DNA from: Nitrospirota bacterium
GTDB lineage: Bacteria > Nitrospirota > JACRHJ01
Assembly: GCA_016212105.1 (NCBI GenBank)
Contig: JACRHJ010000061.1
Coordinates: 1,640 to 65,639, forward strand
Reading direction: 5' to 3'
DNA length: 64,000 nt
Numbering within the stretch: the first letter of the stretch is position 1; each line of letters begins with the position of its first letter. This document shows positions 29,879 to 39,590 of the stretch, piece by piece. Both the position numbers and the translations under genes were made by a program. The notes beneath the pieces were generated by a model. The model ran no database searches. It was given only the letters and a program-made list of their open reading frames with translations, and was not told where the DNA came from.

Positions 29879-30252
29879 TGCTGGAAGTAACTGGTAGCGC
29901 TGTAGCGGAGTTCAAGAAGGTCCTTGAGGATGAGCAGAACAAGGGCCTGTCGATAAAGATAAAGGCCCGCATGGGCCAGTCGTCGTGCTGCTCCTGCGGC
30001 CCGACGCCCGAGTACGAGATGGGCCTCGTCGAGAAGGGCGACGCGGGCGACGTGATGCAGGACTTCGACGGCGTGAAGTTCTACCTGGACCCGGAGTCCT
30101 CGGAGTTCCTCGGCACGTCCGAGATAGACTTCTCGGAGGAGATGGGCTTCATCGTCAAGGACATGTCCGAGTCCTCCGGCGGCTGCGGTTGCGGCGGCGG
30201 AGACTACGGCGAGCATGGCCACGGCCACGGCGGCGGTTCCTGCTGCGGTTAA
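29878..30252 (+). CDS. IscA/HesB-like protein with Cys/His-rich tail
   Basis: MLEVTGSAV start, SSCCSCGP..Y.MGL, DGVKFYLD...IDF, C-terminal GCGC...HGHGHGGGSCCG. Confidence 0.75.
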   Translation: MLEVTGSAVAEFKKVLEDEQNKGLSIKIKARMGQSSCCSCGPTPEYEMGLVEKGDAGDVMQDFDGVKFYLDPESSEFLGTSEIDFSEEMGFIVKDMSESSGGCGCGGGDYGEHGHGHGGGSCCG

Positions 30253-30262
30253 AGGAGGATGC

Positions 30263-30580
30263 ATGGCTGACAAACCAAAAGTGCCCCACCCCCAGCAGGG
30301 CGGCCTCATGTTCGAGATAAAGCCTGAGGTCGAGGGCGGGACGTACTCGAACGTAGCGAGCATCGTCCACAACAAGAACGAGTTCGTGTTCGACTTCGCC
30401 GCGCTCCTGCCCGGCAAGGACGCTGCGCGCGTCCAGGCGCGGGTCATAACCAACCCGGCCCACGCGAAGCAGTTCCTCGCCGCGCTCGCCGAAAACATTG
30501 CGAACTACGAGCGGAGCTTCGGCGAGATAGCCGTGCCATCGCCCCTGCCCATGGTCAAGGGTACGCAGGCGGTGCATTAA
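30263..30580 (+). CDS. DUF3467 domain protein
   Basis: GTYSN....H...EFVFDF...PG...ARVI..P.HAK.F..AL..NI..YE..FGEI pattern. Confidence 0.85.
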   Translation: MADKPKVPHPQQGGLMFEIKPEVEGGTYSNVASIVHNKNEFVFDFAALLPGKDAARVQARVITNPAHAKQFLAALAENIANYERSFGEIAVPSPLPMVKGTQAVH

Positions 30581-30668
30581 ATGACTCCCCTCACCCCCAG
30601 CCCCCTCCCCCGCGAGGGGATGGGGATTTATGCAGGGGCGGGCCTCCGTGCCCGCCCTGGTTTTGCTT

Positions 30669-30745
30669 GTCATTGCGAGCGAAGCGCGGCAATCTCGGTT
30701 CTTAAAGGCTGAGATTGCCGCGTCGCCAAGGCTCCTCGCAATGAC
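30669..30745. repeat. Family C repeat GTCATTGCGAG...GCGGCAATCTC, here as an inverted doublet
   Basis: Copies at about 3293, 25188, 51833, 56763, 58220-58290. Confidence 0.88.
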
Positions 30746-30788
30746 ACCGAAAAACCATACGGCTTCCTCAGCATTACAGGAGGGTTAA

Positions 30789-31763
30789 ATGTTCTTCCCC
30801 GCATACCGTGCCCGGCGCGTAAGGGCAAACGAGACGATCAGGCGAATGGTGAGGGAGACGATACTCACGCCCAGCGACTTCATATACCCGCTCTTCGTCA
30901 CGCACGGCAAGGGCGTGAAGAACGAGATCTCGTCCATGCCCGGCAACTACCAGCAGTCCATAGACAACATCGTCAAGGACTGCCAGGAGGTCAAGTCGCT
31001 CGGCGTCCCGGCGGTAATCCTCTTCGGGATACCGGAAAAAAAGGACGCGGTCGGCTCGGAGGCGTACAGCGACAAGGGCATCATCCAGCAGGCGATTAAG
31101 GCCATAAAGGACAAGGTGCCCGGGCTTATGGTCATCACCGACGTATGCCTGTGCGAGTACACCGACCACGGACACTGCGGCATAGTCAAGGGCGACGAGA
31201 TCGTCAACGACGCCACGGTGGACCTGCTCTGCAAAGAGGCGCTCTCGCACGCGAAGGCGGGCGCGGACATGGTCGCCCCGTCCGACATGATGGACGGGCG
31301 GGTAGGGGCCATCAGGGAGTCGCTGGACGAAAAGGGTTTCGGGGACATCCCCATAATGTCCTACGCGGTAAAGTATGCGTCCGCGTTCTACGGCCCGTTC
31401 AGGGAGGCGGCCGAGTCCACGCCGTCGTTCGGCGACAGGAGGAGCCACCAGATGGACCCGGCCAACGCGAGGGAGGCCATACGCGAGGCCGAGATGGACA
31501 TAGACGAGGGCGCGGACATCATCATGGTGAAGCCCGCGCTCCCGTACCTTGATATAATCTACCGGTTGCGCGAGTCCACCGACATGCCGATAGCCGCCTA
31601 CCACGTCTCCGGCGAGTTCTCGATGATAAAGGCTGCGGAGAAGCTCGGCTGGATGGACGGGCAGAGGGCGATGATGGAGTCGCTCACCTGCATAAAGCGC
31701 GCGGGCGCGGACATCATCCTGACCTATTACGCCAAGGACGCGGCAAGGCTGCTGAACGGGTAA
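30789..31763 (+). CDS. hemB: Porphobilinogen synthase (Zn type)
   Basis: [51 protein letters not shown]. Confidence 0.98.
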   Translation: MFFPAYRARRVRANETIRRMVRETILTPSDFIYPLFVTHGKGVKNEISSMPGNYQQSIDNIVKDCQEVKSLGVPAVILFGIPEKKDAVGSEAYSDKGIIQQAIKAIKDKVPGLMVITDVCLCEYTDHGHCGIVKGDEIVNDATVDLLCKEALSHAKAGADMVAPSDMMDGRVGAIRESLDEKGFGDIPIMSYAVKYASAFYGPFREAAESTPSFGDRRSHQMDPANAREAIREAEMDIDEGADIIMVKPALPYLDIIYRLRESTDMPIAAYHVSGEFSMIKAAEKLGWMDGQRAMMESLTCIKRAGADIILTYYAKDAARLLNG

Positions 31764-31797
31764 CGCAGCAGCTTTGATGTTAGCCTGCTCTTTGCTT

Positions 31798-31823
31798 GTC
31801 ATTCTGAACGAAGTGAAGAATCT
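31798..31823. repeat. Family B repeat GTCATTCYGARCGAAGYGAAGAATC
   Basis: Copies at about 7170(-), 21503(-), 25283, 27003(-), 34457, 39501, 47164, 47530, 50427, 51941, 58138, 59316, 62076. Confidence 0.9.
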
Positions 31824-31979
31824 GCATATATATGATGGAGTTGTAGGGGCGCGGATTCCGCGTCCGCACCATAAAACCGCCCGATGAATCGGGCAACTAC
31901 AACTTCAAATGCAGGGCCGACACACGGGTCGGCCCCTACATAAAGGCCGACCCTCCCGTGCCGGCGGTAGCTCATCAAC

Positions 31980-32750
31980 TTGCAAAGAACCGAGATAACA
32001 ATCGGCGGCCTCTCCATCCGGTACCACGACGCCGGGGAAGGGCCGCCGGTCGTTTTTGTGCATGGCGCGGGCGCGACCGCGAGGCTCTGGCACAGGCAGC
32101 TTGGCGCCCTGTCGAAGAGCTTCCGCGTCCTGGCCCCGGACCTGCCCGGCTTCGGCGGCTCGGGGCGCTCCCCTGACATCAAGGGCGTCCGCGACTATGC
32201 AGGGTTTCTTGCCCGGTTCATGGACGCGCTCGGCCTGAAACGCGCATCGCTTGTCGGCAGCTCCATGGGCGGCTGGGCCGCCTGCTGGTTCGCGCGGGAG
32301 TTCCCTGAAAGGCTGGACAGGCTCGTCCTCATCTCTCCCGCGGGACTTTATTTGCCGGACGACCCGCCCATGCCCGTGTCAGGCGTGATAGAGGAGCTTC
32401 GACGCGCATACTCGGGCCCGGCGGAAGCGCCGGCCGCATCCGGAGTCAGGCCGAACGACGAGCTTCTTAACGGGATAGATACACTGCTTGGCCTCGACGA
32501 GGCAGGAGGCTTCACCCCGGACCTGGGCGGCAGACTTTCCGGTATAACCGCCCGGACCCTGATAGTCTGGGGCTCGGTGGACAGGGTGATACCGGTGTCT
32601 TATGCGGACGAGTTCGCGCGCCGTATACCCGGCTCCCGCCTCGCCGTGCTGAACGGCGCGGGCCACCTGCCATACGTTGACAGCCCAGAGCCCGTGACCG
32701 GCCTCCTGGCGGGCTTCCTCGCGCCCCCGCCCCCGGATCCTCCCGCATAA
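31980..32750 (+). CDS. Alpha/beta fold hydrolase
   Basis: VFVHGAG, DLPGFGGS, GSSMGG nucleophile elbow, WGSVD, AGHLP. Confidence 0.9.
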   Translation: MQRTEITIGGLSIRYHDAGEGPPVVFVHGAGATARLWHRQLGALSKSFRVLAPDLPGFGGSGRSPDIKGVRDYAGFLARFMDALGLKRASLVGSSMGGWAACWFAREFPERLDRLVLISPAGLYLPDDPPMPVSGVIEELRRAYSGPAEAPAASGVRPNDELLNGIDTLLGLDEAGGFTPDLGGRLSGITARTLIVWGSVDRVIPVSYADEFARRIPGSRLAVLNGAGHLPYVDSPEPVTGLLAGFLAPPPPDPPA

Positions 32751-32830
32751 TCCCCGAAGTCTGCTATAATAGTACTGACAAGTCAATTGCCTTACCGGTC
32801 GTTCAATCCACAGTTTCGCAAGGGGGCGTC

Positions 32831-33259
32831 ATGGAAAAGCGGATACTTCTCGTGGACGACAACGCGCTTTCGTCGAAGGTTATCGGCCAGCTTCTGGCCG
32901 GGGCCGGATACACGGTGGAATTCCTGAACAGCCCGTTCGGCATATTCAAGGAGATAAGGGAGTTCATGCCGGACCTCGTCCTGATGGACCTCGACATGCC
33001 GGCCCTGAAGGGCGACTCGCTCTCACAGTTGCTTAACAGAAAGCTGCCGGACGTCGAACACAGGGTCGTCCTGTTCTCCGCCGCGGACGACGACGTGTTA
33101 GGCGATGCAGTCCGGAGGGCGGGCGCGGTCGGTTATATCAGGAAGACGGACGGGCACGACGAGATACTCGAGCAGGTCAGGCTCTATATCGAGACCGGCT
33201 CGGGTGAAGGCGCCACGGACGATGCGGAAGGCCTGCATGAGGCGTCTTCCGGAGACTGA
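32831..33259 (+). CDS. Single-domain response regulator
   Basis: ILLVDD, PDLVLMDLDMP, LFS, YIRK. Confidence 0.9.
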   Translation: MEKRILLVDDNALSSKVIGQLLAGAGYTVEFLNSPFGIFKEIREFMPDLVLMDLDMPALKGDSLSQLLNRKLPDVEHRVVLFSAADDDVLGDAVRRAGAVGYIRKTDGHDEILEQVRLYIETGSGEGATDDAEGLHEASSGD

Positions 33260-33289
33260 ACCCGCCGCATGATTATTTTGTATGCTTCC

Positions 33290-33380
33290 TTGACAGACCC
33301 GCAGTCCGCTGTTATATTAAAGAATACCATGGTAGTCCTATTTTATTTTGCTTGACATGCCGTCAGAGGCATAATATCAT
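33290..33380 (+). promoter_or_regulatory. Two tandem sigma70-like promoters
   Basis: TTGACA-N17-TATATT (33290-33318) and TTGACA-N17-TATCAT (33352-33380). Confidence 0.65.
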
Positions 33381-33435
33381 CTATAACTCGGGTTATCAAG
33401 TACTACCCCCCAACGCAATGAAGCAGGTGTGTTAA

Positions 33436-33810
33436 ATGATCAAGGTTATGCTCGTGGACGACAGCTCGATCGTCACAAACATGGTCTCGTCCTACCTCTC
33501 CACCAAGGGCTACATGGTCACCGTTGCCAACAGCCCGTTCGGCGTTTCGAACAAGGTCAAGGAGTTCAAGCCGGAGGTCATCCTGATGGACCTCGGCCTG
33601 CCCGGCCTGTCCGGCGAGAAGCTGATCAACGTCTGCCGCGAGAAGGAGACCGGGCACCACAGCCGTATCGTCCTGTTCTCGTCCACGGACGAGGACGTGA
33701 TGAAGGAGATGGTCGTCAGGGGTATCGCAGACGACTACTTCATCAAGGGCGGCTCCCTGAAGGACCTCGAAGACAAGATACGCACCCAGGCTCGCGCCCT
33801 CCACCATTAA
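33436..33810 (+). CDS. Single-domain response regulator
   Basis: VMLVDD, PEVILMDLGLP, LFS, FIKG; paralog of the upstream receiver. Confidence 0.9.
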   Translation: MIKVMLVDDSSIVTNMVSSYLSTKGYMVTVANSPFGVSNKVKEFKPEVILMDLGLPGLSGEKLINVCREKETGHHSRIVLFSSTDEDVMKEMVVRGIADDYFIKGGSLKDLEDKIRTQARALHH

Positions 33811-33862
33811 TCAGTCCAGCTTTCCGTTTGACTTGCCGCCTCTTATGGTTTATAAGTAGGTA

Positions 33863-34435
33863 ATGCCGGACTACGCCCTCATCCTCGCATCCAACTCACC
33901 GCGCCGCCGCGAACTGTTAGAACAGGCCGGCATAAAGTACGTCGCCGACCCGGCGCACGTAGACGAGACCGCCCTGCCCGGCGAGACGCCGGAGGACCAC
34001 GTCAGGCGGCTCGCGCTGTTCAAGGCAGAAACGACCGCGAAACGCCATGCGTCCGGGCTGGTGCTCGGCGCGGATACCGTCGTGGTTGTGGACGGCGAGA
34101 TTCTCGGCAAGCCCGCCGGCGAGGCGGACGCGGTGCGGATGCTCGGGCTTATATCCGGCCGTGAGCACGAGGTTATTACCGGGGTCGCCATATACGACGC
34201 GGCCACCGGCAGGTCGGCCGTATCATATGCGTCCACGGCGGTCAGGATGCGCGCGCTGTCCCCGGATGAGGTCCTGGAGTACGTCGCGACAGGGGAGCCG
34301 ATGGACAAGGCCGGCGCGTACGGCATACAGGGACGCGCAGCGATATTCGTCGAGGGCATAACAGGCTGCTTCTTCAACGTCGTCGGCCTGCCGCTCGCGT
34401 TGACGGATAAGATGGTCAGGGAGTTTTTAAAGTAG
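33863..34435 (+). CDS. maf: Maf family nucleoside triphosphate pyrophosphatase
   Basis: LILASNSPRRRELL, VDE, GADTVV, LGKP, DKAGAYGIQ, NVVGLP. Confidence 0.96.
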   Translation: MPDYALILASNSPRRRELLEQAGIKYVADPAHVDETALPGETPEDHVRRLALFKAETTAKRHASGLVLGADTVVVVDGEILGKPAGEADAVRMLGLISGREHEVITGVAIYDAATGRSAVSYASTAVRMRALSPDEVLEYVATGEPMDKAGAYGIQGRAAIFVEGITGCFFNVVGLPLALTDKMVREFLK

Positions 34436-34684
34436 GGTGGGCACTGCCCACCATCTGTCATTCCGAGCGGAGTCGAGGAATCTGCTTTTAAGTAGGGGTC
34501 GTACCAAGCGAAGCGCGTGTCGGCCCTTGTATGTCACCCCCGTGAAAACGGGGGTCCATTTTAACTTTATGCATTACAATGGATTCCCGCTGGAGTTTAC
34601 CCCGGCATGCTTAAAGCCGGGGCGGGAATGACAACCATCGGCGCACCGGTGGGGGGGGAAGTGTTGCTCCGGGCTGGGGGGATA

Positions 34685-35692
34685 ATGGACGTCGCTGTAA
34701 TCGGCATAAGCCCTGTGGGCTGCACTATCGCCTCGCTCCTGTATGAGGCGGGCGAGGACGTGACCATAATCGGCCCGCCGGAAAAGCTCGCGCGCATCAA
34801 CGAGGGCGGCATCACGGTGCGCCAGGTCTGGGACGGCCACATGTCCACGTCGCGCGTCAAGGCGCGTGCCTCGCTCGACCACACGCCTGACGTGATAGTC
34901 TTCGCCACCCGCACGCAGGAGACCGCCGCGGCCGCAGAGGCCGCCGCGCCATACGCGGACGGGGCCGCCATAGCCACCGTCCAGTACGGCACGAAGATAG
35001 AGCAGATAGTCTCGAAGTACCTGCCGAGGGACAACATAGTCACCTGCGTCCTGACGATGGGCGCGACCTGCTACACGCCGGGCGACGTGACGCTGAACTT
35101 CAAGGGGCACATGGTCGTGGGCCGCGCGTACGCCGCCTCGGAGGAGACGGTAGACCTCGTCCTCGGCCTCATGTCGAAGGTGTTCTTGACCCACAAGGGC
35201 AAAAAAATTGCCCACTTCAACTGCACACGGCTCCTTCTGAACCTCCCGTACTGCATACCCGCCATCATCGGCGAGAAGGTGCAGAAGGCGTTCATGGACA
35301 GGGAAGTCGCCGAGGTCGCGGTCCGGCTCCTCGCCGAGGGTATACAGGTAATAGAGGACGCGGAGGTCCACATCGAACCGCTCCCGGACTTCGCGGAGGG
35401 CGCGCTCAAGGCGCTACTGTCCGTACCGCTCGCGGAGGGCGCGGCGCTCTTTTCCGATATGACGATGAACATGAGCAGGGTCCCGTGCGAGGGGCCGGTG
35501 CTCGGAAGCATCGAGCAGGGCGAGCTGACCGAGATAGACTACTTGAACGGCGAGGTGGTCAAGATTGCCGGGATACTCGGCCACCCGACCCCGCTCAACT
35601 CGCTTATGGTCGAGCTGGTGCACAGGGTCGAGGAGACGAAGCGGTTCTTCACACGGGACGAGTTCCTGAGGCTGGTCGGCGAGAGGGTGTAA
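34685..35692 (+). CDS. Ketopantoate reductase (PanE/ApbA)-like protein, motifs degenerate
   Basis: Rossmann start VAVIGISPVG, C-terminal TEIDYLNGEVVK...G.PTPLN; catalytic Lys region reads TRLLLN. Confidence 0.75.
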   Translation: MDVAVIGISPVGCTIASLLYEAGEDVTIIGPPEKLARINEGGITVRQVWDGHMSTSRVKARASLDHTPDVIVFATRTQETAAAAEAAAPYADGAAIATVQYGTKIEQIVSKYLPRDNIVTCVLTMGATCYTPGDVTLNFKGHMVVGRAYAASEETVDLVLGLMSKVFLTHKGKKIAHFNCTRLLLNLPYCIPAIIGEKVQKAFMDREVAEVAVRLLAEGIQVIEDAEVHIEPLPDFAEGALKALLSVPLAEGAALFSDMTMNMSRVPCEGPVLGSIEQGELTEIDYLNGEVVKIAGILGHPTPLNSLMVELVHRVEETKRFFTRDEFLRLVGERV

Positions 35693-35755
35693 CAACGACA
35701 GGCAGGGCGGGCACGGAGGCCCGCCCCTACACAAAAGCATGGAAAGAACAAGCGT

Positions 35756-36556
35756 ATGTCACCTGACAGCCCCATAGGCGTTTTCGACTCCGGCATCGGA
35801 GGCCTGACCGTACTCAAGGAGATAAAGGCGCGCCTGCCGCACGAGAACATCATATACTTTGGTGACACCGCCCGCGTCCCGTACGGCATAAAGTCCGGCG
35901 AGACGGTCACACGGTTCTCCCGCGAGATATCCGAGTACCTCGTCGGACAGGGCGTGAAGATGCTCGTGGTCGCGTGCAACACCGCGTCGTCCGTCGCTCT
36001 CCCGACGCTCCGGGACAACTACCCGCTGCCGGTAATCGGCGTACTGATGCCCGGCGCGTACGCCGCCGCGCGCGCGACGAAGTCCGAGCGTGTCGGCGTC
36101 ATCGGCACCGAGGGCACGGTGAACTCCGGCGCGTACGCGCGCCTGATACGGAACATCCGCTCCGGCACGATGGTATTCGCGCACGCATGCCCGCTGTTCG
36201 TGCCGCTGGTGGAGGAGGGGCGGTTGTCCGGCCCAATAACCCGCCTCGCCGCGGAGGAGTACCTCGCACCGCTCATGCTCGAAGACATAGACACTCTGGT
36301 GCTGGGCTGCACGCACTACCCGCTCCTGAAGGAGACCATAGCCGGTGTCATGGGCCCGGAAGTGGAGCTGATAGACTCCGCATTCGAGACCGCGCGCGAG
36401 GTCGAGCGGGTGCTTGACAAGCTCGACATGCTGAACAAGTCCGGCGCGCCCGGTAACACGCGCTACGCCGTGTCCGACGCGCCTGAGCGGTTCAAAAGGA
36501 TAGGCGAGCGGTTCCTCGGGTACGAGGTGCCGGAGGTGGAGAAGGTGGAGTTGTAG
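35756..36556 (+). CDS. murI: Glutamate racemase
   Basis: IGVFDSGIGGLTV, GDTARVPYG, VACNTAS, LGCTHYP. Confidence 0.98.
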   Translation: MSPDSPIGVFDSGIGGLTVLKEIKARLPHENIIYFGDTARVPYGIKSGETVTRFSREISEYLVGQGVKMLVVACNTASSVALPTLRDNYPLPVIGVLMPGAYAAARATKSERVGVIGTEGTVNSGAYARLIRNIRSGTMVFAHACPLFVPLVEEGRLSGPITRLAAEEYLAPLMLEDIDTLVLGCTHYPLLKETIAGVMGPEVELIDSAFETAREVERVLDKLDMLNKSGAPGNTRYAVSDAPERFKRIGERFLGYEVPEVEKVEL

Positions 36557-36680
36557 ACTTTGGGTTGGGGTGTTGTTAGAAGGTTGATGTATGAGGAATT
36601 TAGAGGCTGGGCGGGGATTTTGAGGTAGCTCACTCATTATGGTACCCCAAGCCTGTATGAATTGACGACGCCGGATAACA

Positions 36681-36863
36681 CTACTTCACCTCACCCAGCA
36701 TCTTGATGATATGCCTGGCAAGGCTGTCCGTAATCTCGTTATGCCTCGGGACAGGTTGAGAAATATTGTTCTCCGGGTTCTGATACCAGTCGTGCCGTCC
36801 GCCGTGCCTTATGAGGACGCATCCCATATCCTCGAGCTTCCTTATCAGCGCACGTCTCTTCAC
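36681..36863 (-). CDS. hicA: HicA family toxin
   Basis: LIRKLEDMGC.LIRHGGRHDWY....PVPRHNEI...LA..I. Confidence 0.9.
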   Translation of the reverse strand: MKRRALIRKLEDMGCVLIRHGGRHDWYQNPENNISQPVPRHNEITDSLARHIIKMLGEVK

Positions 36864-37051
36864 TTGATCTCAAGCTCGGCGACCCGGCGGACATGCGGGA
36901 TGTCGCCGCTGGTCAAGTCCTTGTAGACGTCTATCAGATTCTCCTTGAGATCCTCCAGTGTCTCGCCCTGAGTCATGTAGTCGGGATACTCCTCAAGATA
37001 CCCGACCCACATGCCGTCTTCCTGCCAGTACACGTACTTCCGTGCATCCAT
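36860..37051 (-). CDS. hicB: Short HicB family antitoxin
   Basis: WVGYLEEYPDYMTQGETLEDLKENL partial RNase H fold; overlaps hicA start. Confidence 0.85.
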   Translation of the reverse strand: MDARKYVYWQEDGMWVGYLEEYPDYMTQGETLEDLKENLIDVYKDLTSGDIPHVRRVAELEIK

Positions 37052-37105
37052 GTTATTCTCCGTTCTCACGCAGCGCGAAGGCAAACCGCAACTCCGTGCC
37101 AGACC

Positions 37106-37312
37106 CTACTTCGACATTATCGCCTCAACAATGGATATGTCCTTCCGTATCCATTCGTTGACGATGGCCCCAATCTCGACTCCCTTTTTCTTCGAGAGCT
37201 TTCTGAGCGCCTCGACCGTATCCTGTTCGAGGTAGACAGGCAACATAAGCTCGGCATCGGGGTGATGAAACTTGCCGCGTTCACCTTTGGAGAAATCGTA
37301 CTCTTTTTTCAT
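37106..37312 (-). CDS. BrnA-like antitoxin
   Basis: MKKEYDFSKGERGKF...PVYL; coupled to BrnT. Confidence 0.8.
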   Translation of the reverse strand: MKKEYDFSKGERGKFHHPDAELMLPVYLEQDTVEALRKLSKKKGVEIGAIVNEWIRKDISIVEAIMSK

Positions 37313-37608
37313 TTGCCTGCCTCCTTGTACTGCCTGGCTTCCGTCCGAGTCGCCTTGCGTGCGGAAATTACACGGACCTTTATTGCGTGTTCTTCTATGT
37401 GCTGGTATGTGTGAACGACCACCAATAACGCGTCGTTGTTGTCACTCCCCATCGTTACCCAGCGGTCTTGATCCTCGCTGTGTTCTTCATCGAATATTGT
37501 CAAAGCCAGAGGGTCGAGGAAAACTGTGGACGCCTGCTCAAAGCTTAACTTATGTTTTCGCAGGTTAGTTTCCGCCTTATCGGGGTCCCAATCAAAGTAA
37601 TAGCGCAC
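37309..37608 (-). CDS. brnT: BrnT family toxin
   Basis: FDWDPDKAETNLRKH.LSFEQA..VF.DP, HSEDQDRW, VVHT, RVISARKAT..E. Confidence 0.92.
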   Translation of the reverse strand: MRYYFDWDPDKAETNLRKHKLSFEQASTVFLDPLALTIFDEEHSEDQDRWVTMGSDNNDALLVVVHTYQHIEEHAIKVRVISARKATRTEARQYKEAGK

Positions 37609-37839
37609 TATAACCCTCGTTAATATATTATACCCAAAGGTCGAGACGTGCAACGGTAATTGTCGAAGGCCATTCTTGCCCGCTGTTTAACTTGTATATT
37701 AAATACCAGTTGAAGTCAAATATTTTCGCATTTTCAAATCCGGCCATACCCCAGGAAACCATTCGAATAACCGCCTTCGCACTTGCCGGTATCATCGTAT
37801 AACACCTGCATAAACAGATAGTTAGCCCGCGAGTCCGCC

Positions 37840-37867
37840 TTGACAAACCAGTTACTTGGTGTATACT
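37840..37867 (+). promoter_or_regulatory. Putative promoter of hsp20
   Basis: TTGACA-N16-TATACT. Confidence 0.55.
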
Positions 37868-37944
37868 TTACATTAGATGCGCAACATGGCCGGGTGTGGC
37901 TGATACCGCATTTCCCGGCCGGAATCACGAAGGAGGTGGTTGGT

Positions 37945-38430
37945 ATGTTGCCGGTCAAATGGGCTCCGTTCAGGGAACTCGACTCGCTCCACAGGGACCT
38001 CGACTCGATGTTCCAGAGGCTCGTCGGGAAGTCCGAGGGCTGGATGCCCGCGTTCCGCCTGGGCGGGGAGGGTTACGGACTCCCGCATACCGAGATAGTG
38101 AGGAAGGGCGACAAGCTGAGCATGCACATCGAGTTGCCGGGCATCGACCCCAAGGACGTGGAGATCGAGGTCCACGGCAACCTGCTCACCATCAAGGGCG
38201 AGCGGAAGATGGACAAGGAGACTAAGGAGGAGGACTACGTCGTCAGGGAGATCGGCTACGGGACGTTCGAGAGGAGCTTCACGCTGCCCGAGGGCGTGGA
38301 CACCGACAAGATAAAGGCCGGTTACCACAACGGCATCCTCGAACTGACCATGCCCGCCGGCAAGGCGGTCAAGGGCAGGAAGATAGAGATAGAGACGGTC
38401 GAGGAGCACAAGAAGCTGAAGGCCGCATAA
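37945..38430 (+). CDS. Hsp20/alpha-crystallin small heat shock protein
   Basis: ELPGIDPKDV.I, LTIKGER, YGTFERSFTLP, A.Y.NGILEL; strong AAGGAGGT RBS. Confidence 0.95.
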   Translation: MLPVKWAPFRELDSLHRDLDSMFQRLVGKSEGWMPAFRLGGEGYGLPHTEIVRKGDKLSMHIELPGIDPKDVEIEVHGNLLTIKGERKMDKETKEEDYVVREIGYGTFERSFTLPEGVDTDKIKAGYHNGILELTMPAGKAVKGRKIEIETVEEHKKLKAA

Positions 38431-38467
38431 GCCGAGACGACACTGACGGCCAGAGTACACGGACGCG

Positions 38468-38502
38468 AAGCCTCCCTGCAATATGCGGGGAGGCTTTTTC
38501 TT
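38468..38502 (+). terminator. Rho-independent terminator after hsp20
   Basis: AAGCCTCCCTGCA-at-ATGCGGGGAGGCTT hairpin followed by a T tract. Confidence 0.8.
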
Positions 38503-38620
38503 GTATGGGCGGTTTGGGCGCGCGGGCAAAAAGTGGTTGACTAAAACGGCTCTATTTGTTAAACTCCGGCATTAAAATTCATCCGGCCCGGCAAAAGGGC
38601 TGAGAAGGGGTGGCCACCAG

Positions 38621-38980
38621 ATGGACCGCAAGTTGACCGATATAAAGAAGAAGCTCGAAGAGCAGAGGGCCCAGCTCCTGTTGGAGGCGGGCGAGACCAT
38701 CAGCGGCGGGCTGAAGCCGGAGAAGGAAAACTACGCCGACCTGGGAGACCAGGCCTCCGCCGAGTCCGACAGGAATTTACTGTTAAGGCTCCGCGGCCGC
38801 GAGCAGAAGCTCCTCAAGAAGATCGACGAGGCCCTGAAGCGCATCGAGGACGGGACCTTCGGCATCTGCGAGACGTGCGGCGAGAAGATCGGCATCAAGC
38901 GCCTCGAGGCGAGGCCGGTCACGACGCTCTGCATTGACTGCAAGACCGCGCAGGAAGAGGAAGAGAAGCTCAGGAAGTAA
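38621..38980 (+). CDS. dksA: RNA polymerase-binding protein DksA
   Basis: ADLGDQASAE coiled-coil tip, FGICETCGEKI...RLEARP.TTLCIDCK zinc finger. Confidence 0.95.
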   Translation: MDRKLTDIKKKLEEQRAQLLLEAGETISGGLKPEKENYADLGDQASAESDRNLLLRLRGREQKLLKKIDEALKRIEDGTFGICETCGEKIGIKRLEARPVTTLCIDCKTAQEEEEKLRK

Positions 38981-39008
38981 ACCCCCAGCCGCCTGACAGG
39001 AGGACGCC

Positions 39009-39485
39009 ATGCCGAGGGTGCTTATACTCTACTACACGAGGACGGGCAACACCGAGAAGATGGCGCGCCTCGTCGAGGAGGGCGTCAAGGGCGAGGGCAT
39101 CGAGGCCGTGGTCAAGCCCGTCGCCGACGCCACGCTCGACGACCTCCAGGCGGCCGACGGCATCGTCATCGGCTCACCAACCTACTACGGCCTCCCGGCC
39201 GCCGAAATCATCAGACTCATTGACGACAGCGTGAAGCTCCACGGCCGGCTCGAAGGCAAGGTCGGCGGCGCGTACTCGTCCGCGGCCAACATCGGCGGCG
39301 GCAACGAGACGGTCATCATGTCCATCATCCAGGCGATGCTCGTGCACGGCATGGTCGTCCAGGGCATACCCAAGGGCGACCACTACGGCCCGGTCTCCAT
39401 CGGCGCGCCGGACGAACGCGCGACGAAGCAGTGCAGGCTATTGGGCGAGCGCGTAGCGAAGCTGGTCAAGAAGCTCGCGGGGTAA
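39009..39485 (+). CDS. Flavodoxin/WrbA-like NAD(P)H oxidoreductase
   Basis: YYTRTGNTEKMA, GSPTYYG, GKVGGAY, GGGNET. Confidence 0.9.
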   Translation: MPRVLILYYTRTGNTEKMARLVEEGVKGEGIEAVVKPVADATLDDLQAADGIVIGSPTYYGLPAAEIIRLIDDSVKLHGRLEGKVGGAYSSAANIGGGNETVIMSIIQAMLVHGMVVQGIPKGDHYGPVSIGAPDERATKQCRLLGERVAKLVKKLAG

Positions 39486-39590
39486 GGGGCCGGCCTGAAT
39501 GTCATTCTGAGCGAAGCTAAGAATCTGCCTATATCTTATAAATGGGGCCGACCTGTGTGTCGGCCCTTCCGGGTTAAGGCACTGGAGGAA

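Noticed and set aside
29878-30252. Selenocysteine in the HesB-like protein
   Set aside because: There is no in-frame TGA; the Cys codons are TGC and the ORF ends at TAA.
37888-37920. RNA thermometer in the hsp20 leader
   Set aside because: A GC-rich hairpin exists, but it does not pair with the Shine-Dalgarno and shows no ROSE or fourU motif.
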